IMG/VR virus record: IMGVR_UViG_3300037782_000115
Location: 32,001-96,000 of that record
Strand: one strand, 5' to 3'
Source: a virus
DNA length: 64,000 nucleotides
The notes below the pieces were generated by a model. It saw only the letters and a list, made by a program, of their open reading frames with translations. It was not told the origin of the DNA and did not search any database. Position numbers and translations under genes: made by a program. Each line of letters begins with the position of its first letter. The first letter of the stretch is position 1. Shown here piece by piece: positions 46,555 through 54,969 of this stretch.

Positions 46555-46913
46555 TCACCCCCGATCCCGCCCACATCACCGCATTGCTCGAGTATTTACC
46601 CGAAGACGCACTGAATCGGCTCGGGTGGAAACGCAACAAAGCGATTCGCGGTGGGTGGACCGTACACGACGGGAACACCACGCGATGGGTCGCGACTGCG
46701 ACCTATACCAATCTCGCCGCCATCTGCCACGAGGTCTCAATATGGCTGAGGGACGAGCACGGCAAGATAGTGTCGCCGACCATCAGAAACATAGACGGCG
46801 TAAGGCGATGGGTCCTCGTGCATCTCGCCGAGAATGGGTGTGCACCACGGCTCGACTGTGCCGACAGCGAACCGGCCGCCCTCGTCGCGGCCTGCAAGGA
46901 GATAGGGAAGTGA
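46551..46913 (+). CDS. Hypothetical protein
   Basis: AAGGAG RBS; ends DSEPAALVAACKEIGK. Confidence 0.6.
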   Translation: MITPDPAHITALLEYLPEDALNRLGWKRNKAIRGGWTVHDGNTTRWVATATYTNLAAICHEVSIWLRDEHGKIVSPTIRNIDGVRRWVLVHLAENGCAPRLDCADSEPAALVAACKEIGK

Positions 46914-46915
46914 GC

Positions 46916-47326
46916 ATGACGAAAGAGGAAGCGATCCATCTCGTCAGCGAGGCCCGCAAGCGAGCCGCAGAGTTGGCCGAGCAGTCGGACTCCGTGAAAT
47001 CTGAATACGGGCCGGGCCACAGCGACGGCGCGTGGGAGGACTCGGGCCTAATCTCGCGGCTCGCCGATGCCCTTGAAGCCAGTGAGCAAAAGGTGAAACA
47101 ACAGGAGTTTGCGATCTCGGCGTTTTGGAACGAGCACGAGCGCCTGATGAGAGCCAAGTGCGGCATGCCGTCAATCGATCATCTGAGCAAAGAAGAGTTG
47201 GTCGTCGTCGAGACACCGAATGGTGACCAGTGGATTGTTCACAAGGACATTGGCGCAGCACTTGCCGCAGCGAACACCACACGGACCGCTCACGCGGGCG
47301 GCTCGCCGGGAGACCATAATGAGTGA
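46916..47326 (+). CDS. Hypothetical protein
   Basis: MTKEEAIHL...LADALEAS motif shared with 44581-44934. Confidence 0.6.
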   Translation: MTKEEAIHLVSEARKRAAELAEQSDSVKSEYGPGHSDGAWEDSGLISRLADALEASEQKVKQQEFAISAFWNEHERLMRAKCGMPSIDHLSKEELVVVETPNGDQWIVHKDIGAALAAANTTRTAHAGGSPGDHNE

Positions 47327-47753
47327 ACAAAAACAGAGACCGTCCCCGTCTCTTGCAGAAGCCGCGGTCGCACTAGACACATTGCGAGGCGAGTACGCGA
47401 CCCGGGGTGCCGACGTGCATGTCGAAGTCACGCAGGGTTTCATATCCAAATGCGTGAGCGTGATGCACAGATCGGCCGACCACATAGAAGAGCTTGAAGC
47501 AGAGAAAGTACAACTCAAAGACAAGGCCGACGCATACGACATTCTGCAATGGCTGATCAGCGAGGGGCACCACGACTTCCGCTGGGACTACGACTGTGAC
47601 ACCGAGATCGTCACGCTTGAATCGTCAGGGCTGACGGTCGAGACCTCACTGCACGAACTCGGGCGCGACAGTGTCGCGACAACGCTTCGGATGCTCAAGG
47701 CACTCGCTGAACCAAGAAAGCGATCGGATGCGGCCGCCCACAAACAAGCATGA
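47319..47753 (+). CDS. Hypothetical protein
   Basis: GGGAG RBS; RSADHIEELEAE coiled coil. Confidence 0.6.
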   Translation: MSEQKQRPSPSLAEAAVALDTLRGEYATRGADVHVEVTQGFISKCVSVMHRSADHIEELEAEKVQLKDKADAYDILQWLISEGHHDFRWDYDCDTEIVTLESSGLTVETSLHELGRDSVATTLRMLKALAEPRKRSDAAAHKQA

Positions 47754-48219
47754 GGACGCGACGGGTGCTCTACACAGGTTCATGTTGCATGCGGCGTGCA
47801 ATCCGGAGTTAGGCGGCATTTCTCTGCCCGAAACCATCGTGAAGTGTGTGATTAGCAACACAACCAGCAAGGGCCGCGGCGCCAGGGCGGTCTTATACAG
47901 AAACATGTATGTGGATACGCGCGATATCGGCATCATTGAGTATGGCATGATTGTGAACATAGTGACCTCTGTATTGATGAGCGAGGTTGACAGACTGCAC
48001 AACCTGAGCGGGCGCGCCGGCGGCCAGGCGGCAAACATCATGACAAAGCAGAAGATGTCCACAGCAGCCGAGAGGATGGTGGTAGACGAAATAAGCAAAC
48101 TCGAGAAGAAAGGAGATCTCGTAGTAGCGATGATCAATCCAACTGACGACACACTAGAGGTCTGGCTACGCCATAAAGATGTGTCGTTCCGTGAACCAGC
48201 GGGGCGGATGCCGCTATGA
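47728..48219 (+). CDS. Hypothetical protein, possible wHTH
   Basis: ISKLEKKGDLVV; start uncertain. Confidence 0.5.
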   Translation: MRPPTNKHEDATGALHRFMLHAACNPELGGISLPETIVKCVISNTTSKGRGARAVLYRNMYVDTRDIGIIEYGMIVNIVTSVLMSEVDRLHNLSGRAGGQAANIMTKQKMSTAAERMVVDEISKLEKKGDLVVAMINPTDDTLEVWLRHKDVSFREPAGRMPL

Positions 48220-48584
48220 CAATCGTCGACACGATCGATGGGTCGGACTACGTGGATGCCGCGTGCATCACGGCGGTGTCGCGTATAACAAGCGATGGTT
48301 ATGTGCCAGAATACATAGCCGTGGTCGACATGGCCGCAGCCAGCCTCGGCGGCGGCCTGGTGCGAGGCAAGAGCGCGGCATCATCGGTCAAGCATTCGCT
48401 GGAACGTCTGGTTTCACAGGGGTACCTAGAGATCGATCAGATCACTGTCATAAAGGGCTCGCCCATCGGGGTCTTGTTGAAGCTCACTAAGAAGGGCGAG
48501 TCCTTACAGAAAACGGCGGCCGAAACGAGCAAGAGAGCGGAGCAATTTCTAGCAAGGTCGGCGGCCGAGGAGCGCTTTGAATGA
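48216..48584 (+). CDS. Winged-helix protein (MarR-like wing)
   Basis: SVKHSLERLVSQGYLEI...LLKLTKKG. Confidence 0.7.
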   Translation: MTIVDTIDGSDYVDAACITAVSRITSDGYVPEYIAVVDMAAASLGGGLVRGKSAASSVKHSLERLVSQGYLEIDQITVIKGSPIGVLLKLTKKGESLQKTAAETSKRAEQFLARSAAEERFE

Positions 48585-48976
48585 ACAACGTGTGGAAGCG
48601 ACCAGAGGGTATGACGAAGCGGCGATGGGCCAGGTACATCAAGGCCATGGTCTATGTTCTCGAGCAACTTAACAAGTCCAGTGACATAACGAGAAGTAAA
48701 CTCGTCGAAGTCGCGAGCAAAGCAAATGCCAACGACGGCGCCATCGTCAGTCAATTAATCGCAATCGGCTCTGTCAACCGGCTGGTCGACCACGGCATGG
48801 TTGTGTACGAGCGCAGTTGTGGCTGCAAAAACAACAGACTGATGTTTATCACTAACAGAGGCATTAGGGAGATGGCCAGAGCCAACAGGCGTGCCGGGCT
48901 AAGGAGAGTGTTGGCCGCGCTGGCCGTCGCTACGGCGTGTGGTGTGATAGCTTTTTTAATCGGATACTTGCAGTAG
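48581..48976 (+). CDS. wHTH + C-terminal TM protein (member 6)
   Basis: WKRPEG; SVNRLVDHGMVVYER...MFITNRG; TM tail. Confidence 0.7.
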   Translation: MNNVWKRPEGMTKRRWARYIKAMVYVLEQLNKSSDITRSKLVEVASKANANDGAIVSQLIAIGSVNRLVDHGMVVYERSCGCKNNRLMFITNRGIREMARANRRAGLRRVLAALAVATACGVIAFLIGYLQ

Positions 48977-49075
48977 CCAGCGTCTAATGAAGTGGGCAAG
49001 GCCAGGCGAGAAGGAGAAGCCGATGCCTCAGACACCGAATGGACTCTCGGCGCCAGCGAAAGGGGATGTCTCGCG

Positions 49076-49549
49076 ATGAAGACCGCGTGGCACATGTCGG
49101 GGTGGGTGGCGATCGCGACGGTTATGGCGACGGCCACGGCGGCCGCGAGCATCAGCATTGATGGATCCGTGACCAGGGCGGTTATGATGGCGGTGGTCGC
49201 GTTCAGCATCATCGGGATGTTTGAGTCGATGGTGAACAAGACCAGGTCCTACCCGGTTTATATGGCGATCGTCTGGTTCAACAACGCCAGGTTCGTCTCT
49301 GAGGTGGCTGGCGCCGGTCCGGTGTGGTCGGTCGTAATCGGCGCCGTGGCGCTCCTGCTGGCGGCGTGGTTCGGAGTGATGTATCTTTACGCCAGCAGGT
49401 CGCACACCGAAGGCGACGGCGGAGACCATCAATGCTCAGAATCACCGGACAGCTGGCCACAATCAGGTGCCCACAGTGTAATGGGGTCGGCCGGGTGCCG
49501 ATGGACCAGACGTACACAGTCAGAACGGGAACACCCGGCACACCACTGA
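49076..49549 (+). CDS. Multi-pass membrane protein
   Basis: 3-4 hydrophobic segments. Confidence 0.55.
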   Translation: MKTAWHMSGWVAIATVMATATAAASISIDGSVTRAVMMAVVAFSIIGMFESMVNKTRSYPVYMAIVWFNNARFVSEVAGAGPVWSVVIGAVALLLAAWFGVMYLYASRSHTEGDGGDHQCSESPDSWPQSGAHSVMGSAGCRWTRRTQSEREHPAHH

Positions 49550-49632
49550 GCAATCCCGGCGCAGGGTCGCCGATACCATGCCCGACGTGCAGGGGCAAGA
49601 AGGAGATCCCCGCCGAAGAGGAGCGCCCCTGA
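49432..49632 (+). CDS. Small DnaJ-type zinc-finger protein
   Basis: CPQCNGVG...CPTCRG; GGAG RBS. Confidence 0.6.
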   Translation: MLRITGQLATIRCPQCNGVGRVPMDQTYTVRTGTPGTPLSNPGAGSPIPCPTCRGKKEIPAEEERP

Positions 49633-49862
49633 TGGCCAGTGACAGCGGAACACAAACACAGCCAGGCAGCGTGATACTGATCACCACCTACAGAGTCGCC
49701 GGGAACGGCAGGAAAGAGAAGGCTGGCGAGCAGAAGTGCCTTGTGGTTAAACGAGAAGAACTGGACGACACGATGCTGTGTATGCCCATAAACGTGTCGG
49801 GGGAGCTCGGACAACCCAGGTGGTACCACGCGCCGAGTACAGATTACAAACATGTTGCCTAA
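49632..49862 (+). CDS. Hypothetical protein
   Basis: GAGGAG RBS; TGATG coupling. Confidence 0.5.
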   Translation: MASDSGTQTQPGSVILITTYRVAGNGRKEKAGEQKCLVVKREELDDTMLCMPINVSGELGQPRWYHAPSTDYKHVA

Positions 49863-49947
49863 TGGCACACAAAAAGGACCACAACCGCCGATACACGTGC
49901 GTCTAGTGTTGTGGCGGGGCGTCCGTCTACACCGATAACACCAACTC

Positions 49948-50571
49948 GTGCGGGACGGACTGATAATGTTTTGGGACTCACTCTTACAGCATTGGCAATC
50001 AGCGGCCCTTATCGCCGGCGCAATCGGGTTCTTCATCGCACTCAGGGGCTTTGGCGAGTTTGTCAGACAGTTCAGCATGACCCAGGTCGAGATGCTGCGG
50101 GCGATCGTCAAAAACGAGGCGGTCGAGATCAAGCAGCACGCCGAGCAGGCGGTTATCAGAACCAATGGCTACCCGGCTCTGTGCTTGCAGAATTCCCCCT
50201 TTCCATTCTGGTACAAGGAATACGTCGGCGGCGGCTTCGTGATGAAGAGCATCAACCCGGCGTACACCAAGCTGTTTGGCGTCACCCAAGAGGAGTACGT
50301 CGGCAAGTCCGACGATGCGCTGTGGCCGAAGGCCACCGCCGAGATGATGAGAACCAACGACCAGACGGTCTACGTGACCGGTCGACAGCTCAGAACGATC
50401 GAGAGCCTGCCGGACAACCCCGCAGACCCGAACTCGCCAATGACGCAATGGCTGGTTGTTAAATACCCGGTGCCATCATCTGAGGGCGGCATCAAGGGTG
50501 TAGCCGGCACCTGCTACCCGCTGGAAAAATTCGACAAGATCATCGTCTCGACCCTGCCCTCGATCATCTAG
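49948..50571 (+). CDS. Membrane-anchored PAS-domain protein
   Basis: N-terminal TM; SPFPFWYK...SINPAYTKLFGVTQEEYVGKSDDALWP..TAE..RTNDQTV...VVKYPV...GVAG. Confidence 0.85.
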   Translation: MRDGLIMFWDSLLQHWQSAALIAGAIGFFIALRGFGEFVRQFSMTQVEMLRAIVKNEAVEIKQHAEQAVIRTNGYPALCLQNSPFPFWYKEYVGGGFVMKSINPAYTKLFGVTQEEYVGKSDDALWPKATAEMMRTNDQTVYVTGRQLRTIESLPDNPADPNSPMTQWLVVKYPVPSSEGGIKGVAGTCYPLEKFDKIIVSTLPSII

Positions 50572-50578
50572 ACCGCTG

Positions 50579-50607
50579 TTGACATACCAGTCCGAAACCA
50601 GTACGAT
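50579..50607 (+). promoter_or_regulatory. Sigma70 promoter
   Basis: TTGACA-17-TACGAT. Confidence 0.75.
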
Positions 50608-50655
50608 CGAACGCTTCAATCACAAGCGCGGATCTGCTGCGTAACGGAGAAAGGT

Positions 50656-52245
50656 ATGAAATCAACAGGCCTGATCGTCGACAACTTTGCTGGCGCCGGT
50701 GGCGCGAGCGTGGGCATCGAGAGCGCTATGGGAAGGAAGGTCGATTACGCGATCAACCACGACCCAGAGGCGATAGAGACCCACGTTGCGAATCACCCGA
50801 ACACCAAGCACTTGATCGAGGATGTCTTCGATGTCGACCCGCGTGAGCTATGTGCTGGGCGACCGGTCGACCTAGCCTGGTTCAGCCCAGACTGCACACA
50901 CCATTCACGAGCAAAAGGCGGCAAGCCACGCGACAACAAGCGGCGAGGTCTCGCGTGGGTTGTCATTCGGTGGGCCGCAACAGTTCGTCCCAAAGTCATC
51001 ATGCTCGAGAATGTCCCGGAGTTCCAGACGTGGGGCCCGCTCAACAGCGACGGACAGCCGTGCAAACGCCGGACTGGAGAAACATTTAGGTCGTGGGTCG
51101 GCGAGCTGCGCCAACTCGGGTACGACGTGCAATGGCGAGAGCTCGTTGCCGCAGACTATGGCGCACCGACGATCCGCAAACGACTCTTTCTCGTCGCCAG
51201 GTGCGACGGCGAACCGATCCGGTGGCCGACGCCGACGCACGCGCCGCGCCACAAGGCGGTCGTTCTTGGCCTTGAGCCATGGAGGTCGGCGGCAGACTGC
51301 ATTGACTGGTCGCTCCCGATGCTCTCGATCTTTGCCACGCCGGACGAGGCCAAAGAGTGGGCCAGGGCCAACGGGGTGTCGGCGCCAAGGCGTCCGCTCG
51401 CAGACGCAACGCTGCGTCGCATCGCCCGGGGCGTGATGCGGTTTGTTGTCGAGTCGGATGACCCGTTCGTAGTGACGTACGCGCAGCATGGTGGATCATC
51501 ACGCAGCCCATCAGAGCCGATGCACACGATCACAGCCAGCGGCAAGGACCAGAACTGCATCGCAGTCCCAACCCTGATCCAGACCGGGCACGGCGAGAGA
51601 AAAGGTCAGAAGCCGCGCAGCCTCGACATACACGCCCCCCTCGGCACCTGTGTCGCCGGTGGGTGCAAGCACGGCCTGGTGTCGGCGATGTTGTCCAAGC
51701 ACAACGGAAAGACCACGGGGCAGAGGGCGTCAGATCCGCTTCACACCATCGCCGGCAACATCAACAAAAGTCTTGTCGCCTGCTCTCTCGAGAAGATGCG
51801 TGGCACTGGCCGCGGCGGCAGCCTGCGAGAACCTGCGCCTACGCAGACCGCGGGAGGAAACCACGCCGGCCTCGTGTGCGCGTTCTTGCAGAAGTATTAC
51901 GGCAGCACAAAAGATGGCGCCCCAATGGATTCTCCGATGCACACAGTGTCGTGCACCGATAGATTCGGACTGGTCACCGTGGCCGGGCATGACTACATGA
52001 TCGGCGATATTTCAATGAGGATGCTACAACCGCACGAGCTGTTGAAGGCTCAGTTCGGACGATTCGCCAGTGGCTACACATTGCTCGGCACCAAACGCAG
52101 GCAGGTGTCGTCCGTGGGCAACAGCGTATGCCCAGAGGTTGCGTACGCACTCGTATCGGCGAACTTCTTGAGGAACAACGTGTCATCTCATGTCGGAATC
52201 CACGCAGATGCGAAGTCGCCCACGGCAAAGCAGGTGATCTCATGA
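50656..52245 (+). CDS. DNA (cytosine-5)-methyltransferase, phage type
   Basis: DNFAGAGG, SPDCTHHS, ENVPEF, YGAPTIRKRLF, repeated P..TI target-recognition units, GNSVCP. Confidence 0.95.
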   Translation: MKSTGLIVDNFAGAGGASVGIESAMGRKVDYAINHDPEAIETHVANHPNTKHLIEDVFDVDPRELCAGRPVDLAWFSPDCTHHSRAKGGKPRDNKRRGLAWVVIRWAATVRPKVIMLENVPEFQTWGPLNSDGQPCKRRTGETFRSWVGELRQLGYDVQWRELVAADYGAPTIRKRLFLVARCDGEPIRWPTPTHAPRHKAVVLGLEPWRSAADCIDWSLPMLSIFATPDEAKEWARANGVSAPRRPLADATLRRIARGVMRFVVESDDPFVVTYAQHGGSSRSPSEPMHTITASGKDQNCIAVPTLIQTGHGERKGQKPRSLDIHAPLGTCVAGGCKHGLVSAMLSKHNGKTTGQRASDPLHTIAGNINKSLVACSLEKMRGTGRGGSLREPAPTQTAGGNHAGLVCAFLQKYYGSTKDGAPMDSPMHTVSCTDRFGLVTVAGHDYMIGDISMRMLQPHELLKAQFGRFASGYTLLGTKRRQVSSVGNSVCPEVAYALVSANFLRNNVSSHVGIHADAKSPTAKQVIS

Positions 52246-52889
52246 CCGAGATCAAGATCCCAGAGCACCTGTCGGGTAACAGGCGATATCGCGGGCTGCC
52301 GGTGCCGAGAGTTGTCGCGGCGTCAGCCCGCGGCAGAATCGTCCTGGCCCCATCAACATGGAACAACTACGACCTGATGACGATGTGGGAAGCCGAGGAT
52401 GGACCGCCCGACTTCGGGAAATACGACGAAGAGCTCCAGCGCAGGAGTGTCGCCGAGTGTTGGTGTCACGTTTGCGGCAGGAAGGAGAAAGAACTCCTGA
52501 TCTGCGCACCGAGTGATCCAAGCCAGATTACTGTTGCGGGGAGCGCCGTGTACGTGTGCGTTCAACCGTGGGTCTGTGCACCGTGTCTGGCGTTCTCGAT
52601 CCTCGTCTGCGGTCCGATCAGGAAGGCGATCAAGGAGAACCGCGGCGCGGTGTTTGCCAACATCGATCACGCTGGGATTGTCCAGACCAGATGGAAGCCC
52701 GCATTGCCAGAAGATCCAGTGCCGCCCGAAGGCGCAAGAGTGCTGTCGGCCCACAAAATCATGCTGCGGGGCGAGAGAGGGAAGTACCCATGTGTTCAAA
52801 CCCTGCCACTGTGGGCATCAACAGTGGCCAGGAGGTATCACCGAAAGTGGTCTCGCGACAGCGGCCTAGAGACGTTACAATCACCGTGA
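52242..52889 (+). CDS. Hypothetical Cys-rich phage protein
   Basis: RGLPVP...PDFG...CHVCG...C..C..FS..VC; ATGA overlap. Confidence 0.7.
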   Translation: MTEIKIPEHLSGNRRYRGLPVPRVVAASARGRIVLAPSTWNNYDLMTMWEAEDGPPDFGKYDEELQRRSVAECWCHVCGRKEKELLICAPSDPSQITVAGSAVYVCVQPWVCAPCLAFSILVCGPIRKAIKENRGAVFANIDHAGIVQTRWKPALPEDPVPPEGARVLSAHKIMLRGERGKYPCVQTLPLWASTVARRYHRKWSRDSGLETLQSP

Positions 52890-52921
52890 CCAGTTGGCGG
52901 GCACACGAGGAGGGGAGTGTT

Positions 52922-53128
52922 ATGATCACGGCTGCCAAAATGAGATCGATTGCTGGAAGGTGCGCGAGCGACAGGAGGTGCGAGCAGACCTTTGGTGATT
53001 GCCAGAACCGTTCGTGGTGGGTTGCCCGGGTCATGGCCAGGGGCAGGCGCGGTGTGCCAGGCAGGGTGGACTCGCCCAGGGGCAAGGCTGTGGCGGGGGA
53101 GCGCGAGACAAGCCTGTCACACACTTGA
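52922..53128 (+). CDS. Small basic hypothetical protein
   Basis: GAGGGGAG RBS; 68 aa. Confidence 0.35.
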   Translation: MITAAKMRSIAGRCASDRRCEQTFGDCQNRSWWVARVMARGRRGVPGRVDSPRGKAVAGERETSLSHT

Positions 53129-53153
53129 CGAATACAGCACGGACGATTACAGT
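53125..53153 (+). promoter_or_regulatory. Promoter for the tRNA
   Basis: TTGACG-17-TACAGT, 9 nt upstream of the tRNA. Confidence 0.6.
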
Positions 53154-53162
53154 ACGATAGAC

Positions 53163-53236
53163 AGCGGGGTGGAGCAGTTCGGTAGCTTGCTGGGCTCATA
53201 ACCCGGAGGTCGCGGGTTCAAATCCCGCCCCCGCTA
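53163..53236 (+). tRNA. tRNA-Met (CAT), initiator type; CCA not encoded
   Basis: AGCGGGG/CCCCGCT acceptor stem; GGG-CTCATAA-CCC anticodon arm; GCGGG-TTCAAAT-CCCGC T arm; A11:U24. Confidence 0.95.
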
Positions 53237-53299
53237 TTTCAGAGATACGCAGGAAGGCATGACAATCAAGCCACACCATTCGGTGAAGGGGTAAACAAG

Positions 53300-53644
53300 A
53301 TGCTCAGCGAATTCGACATGAGTAAGCTTGGCGAGATCGACGAAGGTCGTCCGCTGATGATGATTCAGAAGGCGATCAAGTCGGCGACACAAGACTGTGT
53401 GAACAGACCTGGACTGTCGAAAACCCGCAAGATCAACATCACCCTCGAGCTCACTCCGATCTGCTCAGAAGACGGCGTGTGCGAAGAGGTTGACGTGGAG
53501 GTTGTTTCAAGCGCGTCAATCCCAAAGTCGAGATCCAAGCCGGTCAACATGAGGCCGCACGTGCGGGGCAGCCTCTTGTTCAATAACCAGTCTCAGGACG
53601 ACGTGCATCAACACACCATCGACGAGCTCGGCAAGCAAGACTGA
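53300..53644 (+). CDS. Conserved phage protein (small partner of the next gene)
   Basis: DCVNRPG..KTRKINITLELTP pattern. Confidence 0.7.
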   Translation: MLSEFDMSKLGEIDEGRPLMMIQKAIKSATQDCVNRPGLSKTRKINITLELTPICSEDGVCEEVDVEVVSSASIPKSRSKPVNMRPHVRGSLLFNNQSQDDVHQHTIDELGKQD

Positions 53645-53685
53645 GAAACAGAAAGTTTGATCATCACTCAAGGGCAACACGCCAG

Positions 53686-54510
53686 TTGGAGATCACAATG
53701 TCAGCAAACGAAGATCAGGGTCACAACGTACGCGGGCTAACGGAGCCGGCAATCCGATCCATCGCCAGCCTTGTCGCCGGATCAATGAAGCCGACAACGT
53801 ACAAATACCCTGGTGTAGACGAGCGGGTCGGCACCGTCGACAAAGAAGGTGTAATCACAGACCAAGTATGGGTGCCGCCAAGGCGATACATGGCCGAATC
53901 CGTCGACGGCCTTGTTTCCATGCTCGAAGACCTGTCGGATGTTCATGAGGACATCAGGATCTTTGTCGGCCCCGAAGAGGTTGTTGCCATCCTGGGCGAG
54001 CGGGGGCACAGGCAGGACCGGATCATCATGCCGCTTAAAACGTGTGAATCATACCATTTCATCAAGGACGGCGTGAGGGTCACGCAGCAGGAGTTTGTAT
54101 TCAAACTCCGAACGCTGTACAGCGGCAATTACTCACCGGACACGCTGCTTCCGACCATCCGAAGCCTCAAGCTCAAGAAGACGGCGAGCGGCACCGCGAG
54201 GGTTGAGCATGGCAGCGAAACGGTTGACCACGAGATTGAGGCGATGATCCGTGGCGAAAACGGCGACATCCCGGACGAGATCACACTCAACACGCCGGTC
54301 TACAAACAGATCGCGATGGCTACGCCGAACGAGAAGCAGGTCATCCGGTGCGCGCTGCAACCGAATGTCGAAGACAAGACCTTCACGATCCAGCCTCTCG
54401 AGGGGGAGGTTATCCGAGCCGCGAAAGGCGCCAGAGACCGAATTGTGATGGCTCTGAAAAACGTGGGTCTCACGGGCGCGAAGATCTACGTCGACGCGAA
54501 GTACAACTAG
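53686..54510 (+). CDS. Conserved phage protein (DUF2303-like)
   Basis: SVDGLV...TQQEFVFKLR...IPDEITL..PVY. Confidence 0.65.
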   Translation: MEITMSANEDQGHNVRGLTEPAIRSIASLVAGSMKPTTYKYPGVDERVGTVDKEGVITDQVWVPPRRYMAESVDGLVSMLEDLSDVHEDIRIFVGPEEVVAILGERGHRQDRIIMPLKTCESYHFIKDGVRVTQQEFVFKLRTLYSGNYSPDTLLPTIRSLKLKKTASGTARVEHGSETVDHEIEAMIRGENGDIPDEITLNTPVYKQIAMATPNEKQVIRCALQPNVEDKTFTIQPLEGEVIRAAKGARDRIVMALKNVGLTGAKIYVDAKYN

Positions 54511-54697
54511 CTTTGTTCGCGCGGGAGCGGGGCATGGTGTCCGGGGAGAGCCCGGAACGCACGTTGTAGAGGTGTTCATGAAACACCCCGCCGAAGCGCT
54601 TTGAAGAGGGAACACGCCTGACCTTCTTGGCCAGTTCGAAGCGAAAGCACCGTCATGGCCGGCGAAATGGCGCGACAGCCGGGAGAGACCGGCATTT
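54511..54697 (+). ncRNA. Candidate structured ncRNA upstream of the tRNA-like element
   Basis: GCGGGG/CCCCGC, TCCGGG-GAGAG-CCCGGA, GGTGTT/AACACC, CGCTTTGAA/TTCGAAGCG, GCCGG-GAGAGA-CCGGC. Confidence 0.55.
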
Positions 54698-54817
54698 GCC
54701 TCGGGGCGCATGGGTACGCGCCACGCACGGACGGCAGCGGGTGAGGGTTAACAACCCCCGCGTGAGGAAAGCCGATAGCCCCGTGTCTCATCACAGGTTC
54801 GAGTCCTGTCCGAGGCG
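54698..54817 (+). ncRNA. tRNA-shaped RNA with expanded anticodon domain
   Basis: GCCTCGG/CCGAGGC acceptor stem; GCGC-ATGGGTAC-GCGC D arm; ACAGG-TTCGAGT-CCTGT T arm; ~65-nt nested stem in place of the anticodon arm. Confidence 0.75.
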
Positions 54818-54876
54818 TTATGTCGACACGCACCAGGCCTCACAGGTCGACTGGTGCTGATCCGGTAGCCACCCGC

Positions 54877-54914
54877 GAACGCCGCCTGCTTCTTTGTTGA
54901 GGCAGGCGGCGTTC
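54877..54914 (+). terminator. Long GC hairpin closing the ncRNA region
   Basis: GAACGCCGCCTGC...GCAGGCGGCGTTC, 13-bp perfect stem. Confidence 0.6.
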
Positions 54915-54969
54915 TTGAGTGTGCCGCACAAGAACAGTACGATGCAGACGGTCGTCGAGAGGAGGATGT

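Noticed and set aside
54698-54817. tmRNA, tRNA-Sec or ordinary tRNA
   Set aside because: No G3:U70 Ala identity or tag ORF, no UCA anticodon, and the extra sequence is in the anticodon position rather than the variable arm
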